Shown here piece by piece: positions 8,756 to 19,786 of a stretch of 57,221 nt of DNA (positions within the stretch are counted from its first letter, which is position 1; each line of letters opens with the position of its first letter). The notes beneath the pieces are model-generated. The model worked only from the letters and a program-made list of their open reading frames with translations, had not been told where the DNA came from and searched no databases. The stretch comes from a bacterium (GTDB taxonomy: Bacteria; Hinthialibacterota; Hinthialibacteria; Hinthialibacterales; Hinthialibacteraceae). The position numbers and the translations under genes are program-made. The stretch lies in the NCBI GenBank assembly GCA_963663405.2, contig CAXXSM010000096.1, forward strand, positions 1 through 57,221, in the 5' to 3' direction.

Positions 8756-10916
8756 CGTTTATTCTTATACGCCACAACGCGATCCCAAACAATCTGCGGA
8801 ACAATCCCATGCGCCGCGTCGGTGCAATCACAAATCCAGTTGCTGGGATCAATGGTCTTTCGCCGCTTCTCCATCCGCTTCAGCCGTTTCTCTCCCAACC
8901 GGCTTCGCTCTTTGGCAAGATCGATTTTCGATGAAACCATTTTGCCTTTATTAAACGCATCCGGGTCGAGTAGATCGATCCGCCGTTTGCGCAATCGTAA
9001 ATGCAGCAGATCACCGGTTTGTAAATAGAGAATCCCCCCCTTCCGGAAGGCTTCCGGCGTAACATGTCCCACCGCCGCCCCATAGCTGACGCCGGAATAA
9101 CGCCCATCGCTGATGAGCGTCGTGAATTTCTTCAACACCTGATTGTGATTGATGTGAATCATGGGCGTGAACATCTCCGGCATCCCAAACGCCTCCGGCC
9201 CCTGACCCGCGATGATGACCGCAATCCGTAGAACCTCGTCATCAATCAATCGTTGAAAGAGCGCTTTCTTCGATTTCAATCGTTCAACCGAAGCGTCCCG
9301 TCCACCGCTGTTATGATGGTGAATTTGAATGAACGCCTCTCTGGACAGACGCGTTTTCGCATAGATGGAATCGAGGAGATTCACATTTAATAAATTGGCC
9401 GTCGCCTCTTCCTCATTTTCAAAGTAGACAACTACGGCGGCTTTTTCATCAAACTGATCCAGCTGTTCATCCGGCATCCCGCTGATTTTCACAATGGCGG
9501 TTTCGAAGAAGTTGCCGGTTAACACATCAATCCCACTAATGGCCCGCCGGGGTTTCGACAACGCAATTGGATTCTCTTTCACATTATCAGCGGATACGCG
9601 CTTCTTATTCCGAATCCGCTTCTTCCACGTGAATCCAGCCATCGTCGGCGCGTTTTCAGCGATCGGGATCTTGTTACACCGGAGTTCGTAGAGAATCGTT
9701 CCTATTCCATCAATCCTTCCATCGCAGCATTGCTTCGCGTATTCAAAGATATCACGGCCTTCGGTCAAACTGTAATCAAAAAGATCGGGAACAGGAACTT
9801 GACGGCGGATACGATCGTAGTGTTTCAAGTCGAATCGATACCCAGCATAGATCACCGCCGAAATAAGATGCAGGATCAAGTTTGACGATCCCCCCATCGC
9901 GCTATGGACCCGGACCGCGTTTTCGATATTCTTCACAACAAGGCTTGATACACTATAGTCCGGATCGTTGCAGACGGCGAACAGGGCTTTCACCGCCTCA
10001 TCCACCTGTTCAAACGTAGGCGGTTCAATGAGAAACTCCAATTGAGGATGAACCAGTCCCAAAGCGGAAACAATATGACGGCAGCTGTTCCCCGTGCCGT
10101 TGAACGCGCAGACGCCTCCCTTTGGATGACACGTGTTCACAGCAAGGCGTTTCTCATAATCCTTCTGTTGTTCTATAGTGATCACGCCAGTTTGAACGGC
10201 GCGAGTAAAGACGCCTAGAAACGCCTGGTTGGATGAGCATTGCAAAATATGCCGCAGCGTTAAACGCAGATCGTGCGCGATTGCGCCTTCTCCTTTTACC
10301 TCACAGCGATCCGCCATTTCGAGCAGTTCCGCACGCAGATCATCGGGGATCGTACCACCACGCAGCACATGCGCCGGAGCGAAGGTTGCGAAGACCGGCG
10401 CTTCATCCCGCGCCCGGCGGGTCACATCGAGTGAGGCCAAAGCATTTAACAATGCCGAACGGTGTTTTGTCACATCCTTGAATCACAAACGCGCCATGAT
10501 ACGAATGGCTCTCCATCTGGTTGACCACCGCCGCCGCAGCAAGGCCGCGCGACGCCAGGGAGTAGCACATGCCTTGATTGCTCTGCGCGGTTCCATCACA
10601 CATCACAGGAATACCAAACACAAAAGGAACGCCGCCCCGGTTCCAAATCGCCGCCGCCGCTTTCAACAATGTTTCATGATCCATTACATGCGCGGGATGA
10701 TCGGGCGAGCCGGTAATCACCGCCACAACACGCGGGGCGTTCGCTTCCAGCCGGTCATAGATCTCATTCAAATCAGCGTCATTGGATAGCCCCGCCATCC
10801 GCGCCCGTTCCAACACCATCGCCACACAAATCGGCTCATTCGCCTTTCCCTGCACTTCCCGCGAATAAGGATTCGGTTCCCCGTTCAATTTTTAACTGCT
10901 TCTTTCGTAAACGCAT
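8752..10916 (-). CDS. Dihydroxy-acid dehydratase (IlvD/Edd) family protein, split by two apparent homopolymer frameshifts
   Basis: CDGTAQ..GMCYSL.SR, GCDKT, GGVCAFNGTGNS, MGGSSN, GPEAFGMPEM and SDGRYSG...GHVTPEA motifs; an extra A near 10890 and near 10447 breaks the frame; GGGGAG RBS before ATG 10916. Confidence 0.85.
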
Positions 10917-10977
10917 CGATCTCCCCTAAATTATATATACTCCCCTAGTATAAAACCATAAACTATTGCATGGGTGG

Positions 10978-11005
10978 CAAGGGCAAGGTTTTTCATCTGC
11001 CCTTG
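10978..11005. repeat. REP-like intergenic hairpin
   Basis: CAAGGGCA-N12-TGCCCTTG inverted repeat preceded by GGGTGG. Confidence 0.45.
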
Positions 11006-11134
11006 TATAATTCTAAACCATATTTGAATAGAGCGATAACCGGTATTCCTCTTTTTTCCTTTGAACATAGGGGATAGAGATTGTTTATGAGAGTTTAGAA
11101 AAAGAACTCACTTTCCAGGAGAACAATAAACCAT

Positions 11135-13146
11135 CTAATACATTTCCCAATCAACAACAACATCAGCGCCTGGAATCAATTTCCACTCCCTGAAAACGCG
11201 CGATTGAATAACTATCCGTATTAGAGGACAGAGCCAAGCCCACAAAGACGGGATCTTCCAATGATAGAGTGAATGTATGCGACAAAATCCGATCCCCCGT
11301 TTCCGCGCTGATCGTATAGGCCATAAAGGTATTTCCAGACCGCACAAGTTCTAAATCCCCCTCTTGGTCTGAATTCAAATCTCTCGATGTGCTCGCCGAA
11401 TCCGCGCCTTTGCTTACTCGCCATGAGGTGTATTGCTGCCGGTCGGTGCGGATCAAATTACTATAATGAGCCGAATCAGCGCTCAGTTCATCCCGGATCA
11501 TCAAACCGGTCTTAATCCAAGTCACATCACCGTTATGCGGTTCCAAATCGACATGCGCTTTAAATCTAAAATCACCGCTGTATTGTTTGAACGCGAAATG
11601 GAATCCATCGGCGGTTTCCCAAATTTTCCTTGATCCTCCCACTCGCCGTGATTGTGTATTCCTCCGTCTCTGGATCGAAGAGTGTAATCCCATCGATTGC
11701 GTTAAAACCGATGTCTACGTAACCATCGAATAGACCGGTTGCGGCGCCTAACAGTCATTCAGCGATTTATCTCCCGCCAAAGCGAATCCATCCACCTCTC
11801 CTTCAAACGAAACAGAGCCTCCATCACTCGTTCCCGCCGTAGCGGTATACTGAAGAAAAATTGACGAGTTCGCCTGCGCCGGTACGCTCCATTGAATCAC
11901 ACCCTCACTCTCGATTCCGCTATCGCTGATCTCACTCGCCGCCCATCCTTTGGGAAGTGTTTCCGATACAGTGGCGGTCATCTCGTCCAAACTGGGATTT
12001 TGGATCTCGATCCCCCCCCCCCCCCCCCGTCACTTGAAACGAATCCCCTTCTTGATAGTACGTCCGCGCGCCAAAATGATCCGGCCCCGCGATCACGCGC
12101 GTTCCGACAAGGTTCTGTGATAACGCAACATCGCGGAACGTGGCGATTGAATACCCATCCGTATTCGATGAGAGCGCCAATCCCACATAGACAGGATCTT
12201 CTAAATCGAGTGTAAATGTATTGGCTAAAACGCGCTCGCCGGTTTGCAGGCTTGTATAGTACGCTTCGATGGTTTTATCCCTCCGGACCAGTTCCAATTC
12301 TCCTTCCCAATCAGGATTCATCTTGCCGGAAGTGCTATCGGAGGAACCACTGTCCCATTCCCGCCAAGTCGTATATTGCTGTTTATCCGTGCGTATGAAA
12401 TTACTGAAATGTTTGGAATCGGCTGCGAGATGATCGCGGATCATCAATCCGGTTTTCACCCATTGCGCGTCCCCATCCAATGGATCAAGTTCTATACGGG
12501 CTTTGAAACTGAACGCCCCACTCAATTCTGTAAAGAGGAAATGAAAACCGTCAGCCCGGTCCCAGATATTGCTGCCCGTTGCGGTTAACTCATATTCCCC
12601 CGTGTTGGGATCATACGTCACATAGCCCGGCTGCGGTGTGTCTCCAATATCCTTATGCGCGTCAAAAATCCCCATCGCGGCGCCAACGAATTCAAATTGG
12701 CCGATCCCCACAGGAACCAATTCAAAACCATTGACCGTTCCGCTGAAAGTAATACGGCTCTCTGAATCGCTGGGCGCGGTCAACGTATACTGCACAATTT
12801 TCACACCCGGATTGATAGAGAATTCCCACCGAATGGCACCCTCTGACTCCACTCCTTCATCACTGATATCACTCACTGCCCATCCTATAGGCAGAATTTC
12901 TTCCAACTCCGCCGTCAGAGCGCTGGACGTTGTATTATTCAATTCAATTTCGACGAACAATTGATCGCCCGCCCGGAAAAAATTTTCTACGCCCAAGGCG
13001 CCTGGTCCAGTGACAGCGCGCGTTCCTTCAATCGCCTGCTCCGCGTTTAAATCCATCTCTGATTTCGAAATTTCAAACGCATATACAGAAACGATTCCTA
13101 TAAACTGAAAAGCAAGAGTCCAGACGGCCAACCGGCGTGTATTCAT
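11135..13146 (-). CDS. Secreted protein with a duplicated two-domain unit (Ig-like plus concanavalin/DUF1349-like beta-sandwich) and C-terminal W-x-M-Y motif; four apparent frameshifts
   Basis: ORFs 11932..13200, 11748..11990, 11163..11693 and 11135..11347 join into two homologous halves (E.LP.GWA.S.ISD.G.ESEG.I.W and IW..ADGFHF...KTGLMIRD); reconstructed end GVELIPGADVVVDWEMY; AGGAG RBS before ATG 13146. Confidence 0.8.
12012..12028. repeat. C17 homopolymer (G-run on the coding strand) inside the secreted protein gene
   Basis: Directly visible run of 17 C; it shifts the reading frame. Confidence 0.95.
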
Positions 13147-13342
13147 AACATACACTCCTATGTACAGTGTTCTTTTAATTAATGTATACGATCCATTCAA
13201 TTTTACATGAATTTAGTGAGATCTGTTCCAAAAAAAGCAGATTTTGTCCACATGAATCCTTATAGTACTATAATATTATTTCATCAATAAAAATGCATTG
13301 ATATTAAATTCAAATTATAGACATTTTGAAAGGCAATGACCC

Positions 13343-14336
13343 ATGAAAGATAAACAAACAACACAAGTCACCCGCCGGGATTTGCTCAAAACGGGCCGGA
13401 ACGGTCATTCCCGCGTCGATCGCCGCGTCATCCCTTTTGTCGAATCAAGACGCTTGGCCGTCGGAATCAGCGCTCCCCATGCGCGCGCTGGGACGCACAG
13501 GCGAAAAACTTTCCCTTCTCACACTGGGCACAGCTCACCTGCGTTCCTCGCTCCTAAGCCGGAGCGAAATCAAAAACATCGTTGAACGGGCTTTGGAACT
13601 AGGAGTCAACTCGATCGACACCGCCCCCAATTATGATGATTCCGAAGTCCATCTCGGCGAAGTGTTAAAACCTCATCGCGATAAAATTTTCCTCGCCACG
13701 AAAAATGAAGAAGCCACCTACAAAAGCTGTTGGGCGCTTCTCGAAAAAAGCCTCGAACGGTTGCAAACCGATCACGTTGACTTAGTTTATATCCACAATT
13801 TCGGCGTGGAGTCACGCTTCCCTGATGTCAAGGAAGCGTTAGGCCCCAAAGGGACTCTCGGCGCCTTGACCGAAGCGAAAAAGAAAGGCCTTATCCGCTA
13901 CATCGGCATCTCCGGTCATTTCTATCCCTCCCGCTTCAAACCCGCGCTCGATTGTGATGAGATCGATGTCTATCTCCTGGCGTTGAATTTCGTCGAACGA
14001 TATCAATACAATTTTGAAGAAAAGATCATGGAACCAGCCCTTAAAAAGAATTGCGGCGTTGTGGCGATGAAAACACTCGGTGGAGCGGAAAATTGGAGTC
14101 AAGGAACCGCCCGCTTCGCTGGGGAACACTATGAAACCGCGCTTCGCTATGTTTTGGGACTACCGGGAATTACGACGTTAAATATCGGCGCGCGGAGTGT
14201 CGGCGAGGTCGATCGCGCCGTGCAGACCATCAAAAATTATCAACCATTCTCAGACGAAGAACAGATAAACGTTGAAAAACTTGGTAAAGAACTGGCGAAA
14301 TCCTTGAATCCACTTTTCGGAACCCCCATCACCTGA
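13343..14336 (+). CDS. Tat-exported aldo/keto reductase (one apparent frameshift near 13394)
   Basis: VTRRDLLK twin-arginine signal; removing one G joins it to MRALGRTG, IDTAPNY, LATK, SLERLQTDHVDL and IGISGH AKR motifs. Confidence 0.85.
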
Positions 14337-14509
14337 GCGCAGCGGCACCTTTTAACCTTTTATTACAAAATCATAGATTCACAAAGTCGTTAGCGATCAC
14401 TTTTTTCTATCTTGATGTAGATTTTGTTATCCTTTTTATCAATAATCATCTATAATGGGTCAATCTTGTTATAAAACAGATCACAAGGAAGCAGGATTCC
14501 CCCGAATCC

Positions 14510-15208
14510 ATGAACAAAATCGAACCAATGAATTCCAAGAGCAAATTACCGAAACAAAGCGTGAAACATCAGCGATGTGTCGTATGCGGCAAGAACTTCG
14601 GCTCCTACTACGATGAAGAGATGCGAACCTATCCCCCGTTTCACATAGAAGACGATTCCGATTCGCCCAACAATCGCTGCGAACATTACTTTTACAAGGA
14701 ACTGCTCTACATCTACATGCATCTTCACAATTTGCAAAACAGTGTTTCCATCACCCAATTGGTCAAGGAGCATAGCTGGATCGGTTTGGTAGTCATGAAA
14801 AAAGAAATGTTGATCTGGTGTTTTGAACGCGGTTACCTCAATCTCGATAACTTGAAACGGATCGAGATCCCCGAAACGGTAGACGACACCTTCTCGAATC
14901 TATTCAACACCATCAACTTGAACAACGAGCAGAAACTAACGGAAGCGATCAATGTTTTAAAAGTGGCGCTGCGCTGCATGAAAGACGAATTGAAACCGGT
15001 TCCCCCGGAAGATATCCCCGTCGCGGAAGAAAAATTCGACCGTGGCCCCTCCCGGCTGTTCGATAATATCGACACCTCCCAAATCAAACAACCCACCGAT
15101 AAAAGAGGCATGATCACCACAACCCACACCGGCGCCCGCGATATCGATAAACGAGTCACCGCAGGCGTCAACACCCTCGCCCGCAAACGTCTCGAACGCG
15201 AACGATGA
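14510..15208 (+). CDS. Hypothetical protein with N-terminal CxxC
   Basis: 232-aa ORF, CVVCGK motif, no family recognised. Confidence 0.6.
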   Translation: MNKIEPMNSKSKLPKQSVKHQRCVVCGKNFGSYYDEEMRTYPPFHIEDDSDSPNNRCEHYFYKELLYIYMHLHNLQNSVSITQLVKEHSWIGLVVMKKEMLIWCFERGYLNLDNLKRIEIPETVDDTFSNLFNTINLNNEQKLTEAINVLKVALRCMKDELKPVPPEDIPVAEEKFDRGPSRLFDNIDTSQIKQPTDKRGMITTTHTGARDIDKRVTAGVNTLARKRLERER

Positions 15209-15227
15209 TAGTCACAATTCTTTTTGA

Positions 15228-16604
15228 TTAACTATAAAAGGTAGGATATTCCCCCCCGCTCTCTTCCCGCTGAATCAGAACCGCTAATTCCCTCGCGTGG
15301 TAGTCCCCCCACATCGACGATTCCCCATTCGGGATTTTACTGCCTTCAGGAATATGATCCCATCCATTGGGGCGATGGTAGACGGAATGCAGGATTAAAC
15401 CTTGATGGTTTTCATCGGTGGAAAGATAAGGTTCGTCAAAGAGCGAATCCGCCGTGGTGAAACCCGCTTGATAATAGCGTTTCCCTTCTGCTTCACGGCC
15501 TTTTGTGTTGAGATATTTCCCCAACCGGATCAAGCCCTGCGCCGCGATCGCCGCCGCGGAACTGTCGATCGGCTCATGTTCATTATAGGGATCGGACCGC
15601 TGATTCATGTAGTCACCTAAATAAACCAATCCCGGCGCGCCTGTATCCCAATAGGGGATCCCATCGATGGGCGTATTCTCAATATAGAAGTCCGCTCCCG
15701 CCTGCGCAGCTTCGGTAAACTCCACCAGCAGGTTTTCCTTGCCCCCGTACGGCTCCAGTTCCTCCGCGGAGAAGGTTTCCAAGAATTCCAACTGTTCGGC
15801 GAATCCTGTGATGGCCCACGCGAGGCCCCGCGTCCAGGTGGAGAACGCCGAATAGCCCTGCTGCGTGCTTGGACAGCGGAAGACGCCGGTATGTTCGTTA
15901 AACACAGCCTCGTGCAGACACCGCCCACGAATATCGTAAGAATCGCGCCCCTTCCCATAATAGACATTGAAACGCGCTGTGTTGCGGGCGTGATGGATTA
16001 ACCGTTCTAGCAGGCAGATTGCTTTATCGTTTTCTCCCATCAACACATGCCCCAATCGATGCGCCATCCCCAATGCCCGCAGCGATCGGATCGTATCGAC
16101 AAATAGAGAATGCGGGCCGTTGAACGAATAGATATACCCCAATCCATTCTCCGTCTTCGTCCACCGGGCCGCCTGCGTCGCGCCGGACGCTTTGATCGCC
16201 ATCTCGTAGAAATGCCGCTCCCATTCATTTTCAGGAATCCGGCCTTCGTTCATCAACCGGCGCAGATTTCCATAAGTGGATATATTATTGAATCCGTGAT
16301 CGTGCACACCGATGTGGGTTACATGTGGAGCCATGAGCGCCACGGTGTTCTTCCGCCCAATCTCCAGAAATTCTGGATCGTCCGTGGCGTCAAATTGAAG
16401 AAGCGCCGATCCATATTGAAAGCCCTGGGTCCATTCGGTCCATCCACGGGTAGTGTATTTGCCTTTCACGGTAAAAACCGGCGTTCCCTGGGCTGGATCC
16501 CATTCCTTTTCAATCGATGCGATCTTCCGGGCTGAGAGTTCAAAGAGCCGATTAATTTTTTGGATTAATCCATCCGCTTGCAATTCCTGATTTATAATCA
16601 TCAA
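15228..16604 (-). CDS. Glycoside hydrolase family 88-like (unsaturated glucuronyl hydrolase)
   Basis: WTEWTQGF, HDHGF, STWTRGLAW, PYWD, DSSAAAIAA and WGDY motifs. Confidence 0.85.
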   Translation of the reverse strand: MMIINQELQADGLIQKINRLFELSARKIASIEKEWDPAQGTPVFTVKGKYTTRGWTEWTQGFQYGSALLQFDATDDPEFLEIGRKNTVALMAPHVTHIGVHDHGFNNISTYGNLRRLMNEGRIPENEWERHFYEMAIKASGATQAARWTKTENGLGYIYSFNGPHSLFVDTIRSLRALGMAHRLGHVLMGENDKAICLLERLIHHARNTARFNVYYGKGRDSYDIRGRCLHEAVFNEHTGVFRCPSTQQGYSAFSTWTRGLAWAITGFAEQLEFLETFSAEELEPYGGKENLLVEFTEAAQAGADFYIENTPIDGIPYWDTGAPGLVYLGDYMNQRSDPYNEHEPIDSSAAAIAAQGLIRLGKYLNTKGREAEGKRYYQAGFTTADSLFDEPYLSTDENHQGLILHSVYHRPNGWDHIPEGSKIPNGESSMWGDYHARELAVLIQREESGGEYPTFYS

Positions 16605-16664
16605 ACTCGCTCCTTGCGTTATTTACATTAATCATCGGGGAATTAAACAAACACCGCGCGGGAA

Positions 16665-17846
16665 TCACGACATTTTCTGAACCTCACGCGCAATAACCGC
16701 CGCCGCGTGTTGTAGATCTTCCGTCTTATGCGCGGCGGATATGGTTAGGCGAAGCCGTTCGGTTCCTTCCGGCACGGTGGGAGGGCGGATCGCCAACGCG
16801 ATGATCTTCTCTTCTTCCAAAGCCTTTGCGCACGCCAAGGCTTTCCCACTCCCACCTAAAATGAGGGGAATGATTGGAGTCGGCAAATCAGGCGTCTCCA
16901 ACCCATTGTTATGAAGCGCTTCTCGAAACGTCTGATTGGCGCGTCGCAGTGATTCCATATAAGACGGTTCGGTTCGAATGCGTGTGATGTTGTAATGCGC
17001 CAATCCGGCTAGATAGGGAGACAATCCGGTCGAATAGATAAACGAACGGCAGAAGTTGATTAGATAATCAATGATCTCCCGGCTTGCGCAGATGAATCCT
17101 CCCTGACACCCGATCGCCTTGCTGAGCGTCCCCATCAGGATCACATGTTTCTCCCAAGGCAATTCAAAATGAGACCAGGTTCCCGATCCATTGTTTCCCA
17201 AGACGCCGCTGGCGTGCGCTTCATCCACTACGAGCAGCGCCTCATACTGCTTCGCCAATTCGTTGATCTCTCGCAATGGAGCGAGATCCCCATCCATCGA
17301 AAAGACACCATCCGTGACGATCAGGCGCTTCCTCGGACGCTTGGTTTTTAACAACGTTTCCAAGTCGTCCAGATCATTATGGCGATAGCGGTGCAACGTG
17401 GCGCCGGATAACAAGCATCCATCCACGATCGACGCGTGATTGAGCCGGTCGCTGAAAATCGCGTCGCCTTTCGCGGTGAGTGACGTGAGTAAACCCACAT
17501 TCGTTTGATAGCCCGATGGAAACACCAGAGCCGCTTCCGTCTCTTTCCAATCGGCGAGAATTCGTTCCAACTCTTGGTGCAGAGCGAAATTGCCCGTAAT
17601 CAACCGGGACGCCGCCGCGCCGGGGGGGATGATATCGGCGAGAATTTTTCCCTCTTCGAGAGTAAAAGAATCAGCCGAGAGACCTAGGTAATCGTTCGCG
17701 CAGAGATTGAGATACCGTTCGCGTTCGATCACTACATACCCCGGTTCGATCGTGTCCACGATCCGCATCGAACGATAGAGCCCCCGCTTCTCCGCCTCAA
17801 GCAGTCTCTCTTTAATTTTTTTTGCCCACAAACCTTTTTGTCTCAT
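16665..17846 (-). CDS. bioF: 8-amino-7-oxononanoate synthase
   Basis: NDYLGL, ASRLITG, SDRLNHASIVDG, VFSMDGD, DEAHA, GTLSKA (PLP lysine) and IRPPTVP motifs. Confidence 0.9.
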   Translation of the reverse strand: MRQKGLWAKKIKERLLEAEKRGLYRSMRIVDTIEPGYVVIERERYLNLCANDYLGLSADSFTLEEGKILADIIPPGAAASRLITGNFALHQELERILADWKETEAALVFPSGYQTNVGLLTSLTAKGDAIFSDRLNHASIVDGCLLSGATLHRYRHNDLDDLETLLKTKRPRKRLIVTDGVFSMDGDLAPLREINELAKQYEALLVVDEAHASGVLGNNGSGTWSHFELPWEKHVILMGTLSKAIGCQGGFICASREIIDYLINFCRSFIYSTGLSPYLAGLAHYNITRIRTEPSYMESLRRANQTFREALHNNGLETPDLPTPIIPLILGGSGKALACAKALEEEKIIALAIRPPTVPEGTERLRLTISAAHKTEDLQHAAAVIAREVQKMS

Positions 17847-18077
17847 AAAAATAATCGTAAAGATAACGCGGCGGCGGAAAGAAAATCAATTTAAATCCTA
17901 GATTTCAAATAGAGTTTCCCATTTTCAACCGTCACGTAATCTGTTTTTTTGTATTCATGAATTGTAAAGCATAAATCAATTCTATGTTCAATCTCTATTT
18001 ATACACCCTTGACATCTATTTTCAAATAGAAACCAGTCGATTCTATAGCGATTGACCTCTTCCAAGATCATTTCAAA

Positions 18078-18110
18078 GATAAAGGCCTCATAAAAATGAG
18101 GCCTTTTATC
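18078..18110 (-). terminator. Intrinsic terminator downstream of the S8 protease gene
   Basis: AAAGGCCTCAT-AAAA-ATGAGGCCTTT hairpin about 30 nt past the stop codon. Confidence 0.75.
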
Positions 18111-18136
18111 AACTTGTACGAATGATGGATTGAGTA

Positions 18137-19396
18137 TCAAAAACTTCCAACATTTAGCAACGGTTCGTCATAACCATCTGGGTCACCCGTAAAACCGTTA
18201 TCACTTCCTTGTTGCCACGCTGTAGTCTCTAAGGCGCTATTCACATAATCTTGACTTACACCCTTTGCTAGAAGTAGCGCAACGGCTCCTGTTACATGGG
18301 GCGCCGCCATGCTCGTACCGCTCATCGTCTCATAACCGGCGCCTTTGTAGGTTGAATAAATCCACACACCTGGAGCCGCGATATCCACGCATTCACCATA
18401 ATTGCTAAATGCGGCAAACGTGTCATCGTTATAAGGAACGCCATTACTATCAATAAGATCGAATCCCTCACTTCCAGGAGCCCCATCGGTGTCGGTAATT
18501 GCGGAAACAGTGATGGCTTCAGATACTCGCGCTGGACTGAAATAAGACGCGTCGGACGATTCATTCCCGGCGGCGACAACATAAACAACACCAGCGGCGA
18601 TCGATGCGACAACCGCGTCGTCAAGCGTTTCGCTGATTCCACCTCCCAAACTCATATTAGCCACTTCGATCTCATCGGCGTGATCCGTGACATACTCCAC
18701 TCCCATTATGATATCGGCGACAGATCCCACACCACTTCGATTGAGCACTTTAACGGACCAAATTCGCGCGCCTGGCGCCACGCCAACAACGCCAATAGTG
18801 TTATTACGCGCGGCGGCGATCCCAGCGACGTGAGAACCGTGTCCGTTATCATCCACACCACCAGAAACAGCCTTTCCCCGGCTGATGTAAGTGATTCCTT
18901 TGAAAAAATTCAAATCGGGATGCGTGTCGCTCACACCTGTGTCGATAATGGCGATATCGGCGTCAACGCCATCAAAACCACTGCTAAGCTCAGCGTCGAT
19001 ACGATCGATTCCCGTCGGTAAAACTTGAGGTGGAGGTGGGGTAGGATCGTCTTTGGGAGGCTTAGCGCTAGGTCTATCCGGTTTCCCTTTGATGATAATT
19101 GGTTTTTGTCCATTCGCATACATCAGTTGATTGGGCTCTACATATTTAACTCGTGGATCGTTAGCCATTGCCATCGCAAGACCAGGGGGCATTTCGGCGG
19201 AAAAGCCTTTTAATGCTTTTTGATACACATGCTGCGGTACCGCTCCATTTCCATGAGCGTATTCACTCGCGACTTCGGCGGGATTCACATCATCGTGCAG
19301 GACGACGATATACTCTCCCGGAATCACTTGCGCCCAAACCGGCGCAGTGATTACAATCGACAAGAAAACAATACCTAGTGTGAATCGTTTCATCAT
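18137..19396 (-). CDS. Secreted S8 subtilisin-family serine protease with I9 propeptide
   Basis: Signal peptide; IIDTG, HGSHVAG and GTSMAAPH catalytic triad; GEYIVVL propeptide. Confidence 0.95.
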   Translation of the reverse strand: MMKRFTLGIVFLSIVITAPVWAQVIPGEYIVVLHDDVNPAEVASEYAHGNGAVPQHVYQKALKGFSAEMPPGLAMAMANDPRVKYVEPNQLMYANGQKPIIIKGKPDRPSAKPPKDDPTPPPPQVLPTGIDRIDAELSSGFDGVDADIAIIDTGVSDTHPDLNFFKGITYISRGKAVSGGVDDNGHGSHVAGIAAARNNTIGVVGVAPGARIWSVKVLNRSGVGSVADIIMGVEYVTDHADEIEVANMSLGGGISETLDDAVVASIAAGVVYVVAAGNESSDASYFSPARVSEAITVSAITDTDGAPGSEGFDLIDSNGVPYNDDTFAAFSNYGECVDIAAPGVWIYSTYKGAGYETMSGTSMAAPHVTGAVALLLAKGVSQDYVNSALETTAWQQGSDNGFTGDPDGYDEPLLNVGSF

Positions 19397-19786
19397 GATC
19401 CTTCCTTTCTAAGTGAGAAGCGCCCCATTGCCAAGATAAATCTTGTCCTTTTGGGGCATTCTGGCGCAAGCGCAACGGATGGTTTCTGGAAGGGAAACGG
19501 TATCCACTTACCTATTCCACATTAAATTATCTATATTCTACTTCATTTTTTAACAAATTTGCAAGAGAAAAATGGAAATGTCCGTTTTTTTTACCTTTCA
19601 TATTAAAGAAAGATTAGTGGAATTAATTATTTAAATTCAACAATATCATTGTTGCTAAAGGGTAGATCTGGAAAAGTGATCCTATAACTAGAGAATGTGA
19701 TTTCTTTTCCAAACGCGACTTCGGAGTTGGATATTTTCCCGGAACATTTATAGTACATGGTATCTTATTTCGAAATTGTTACCTCA

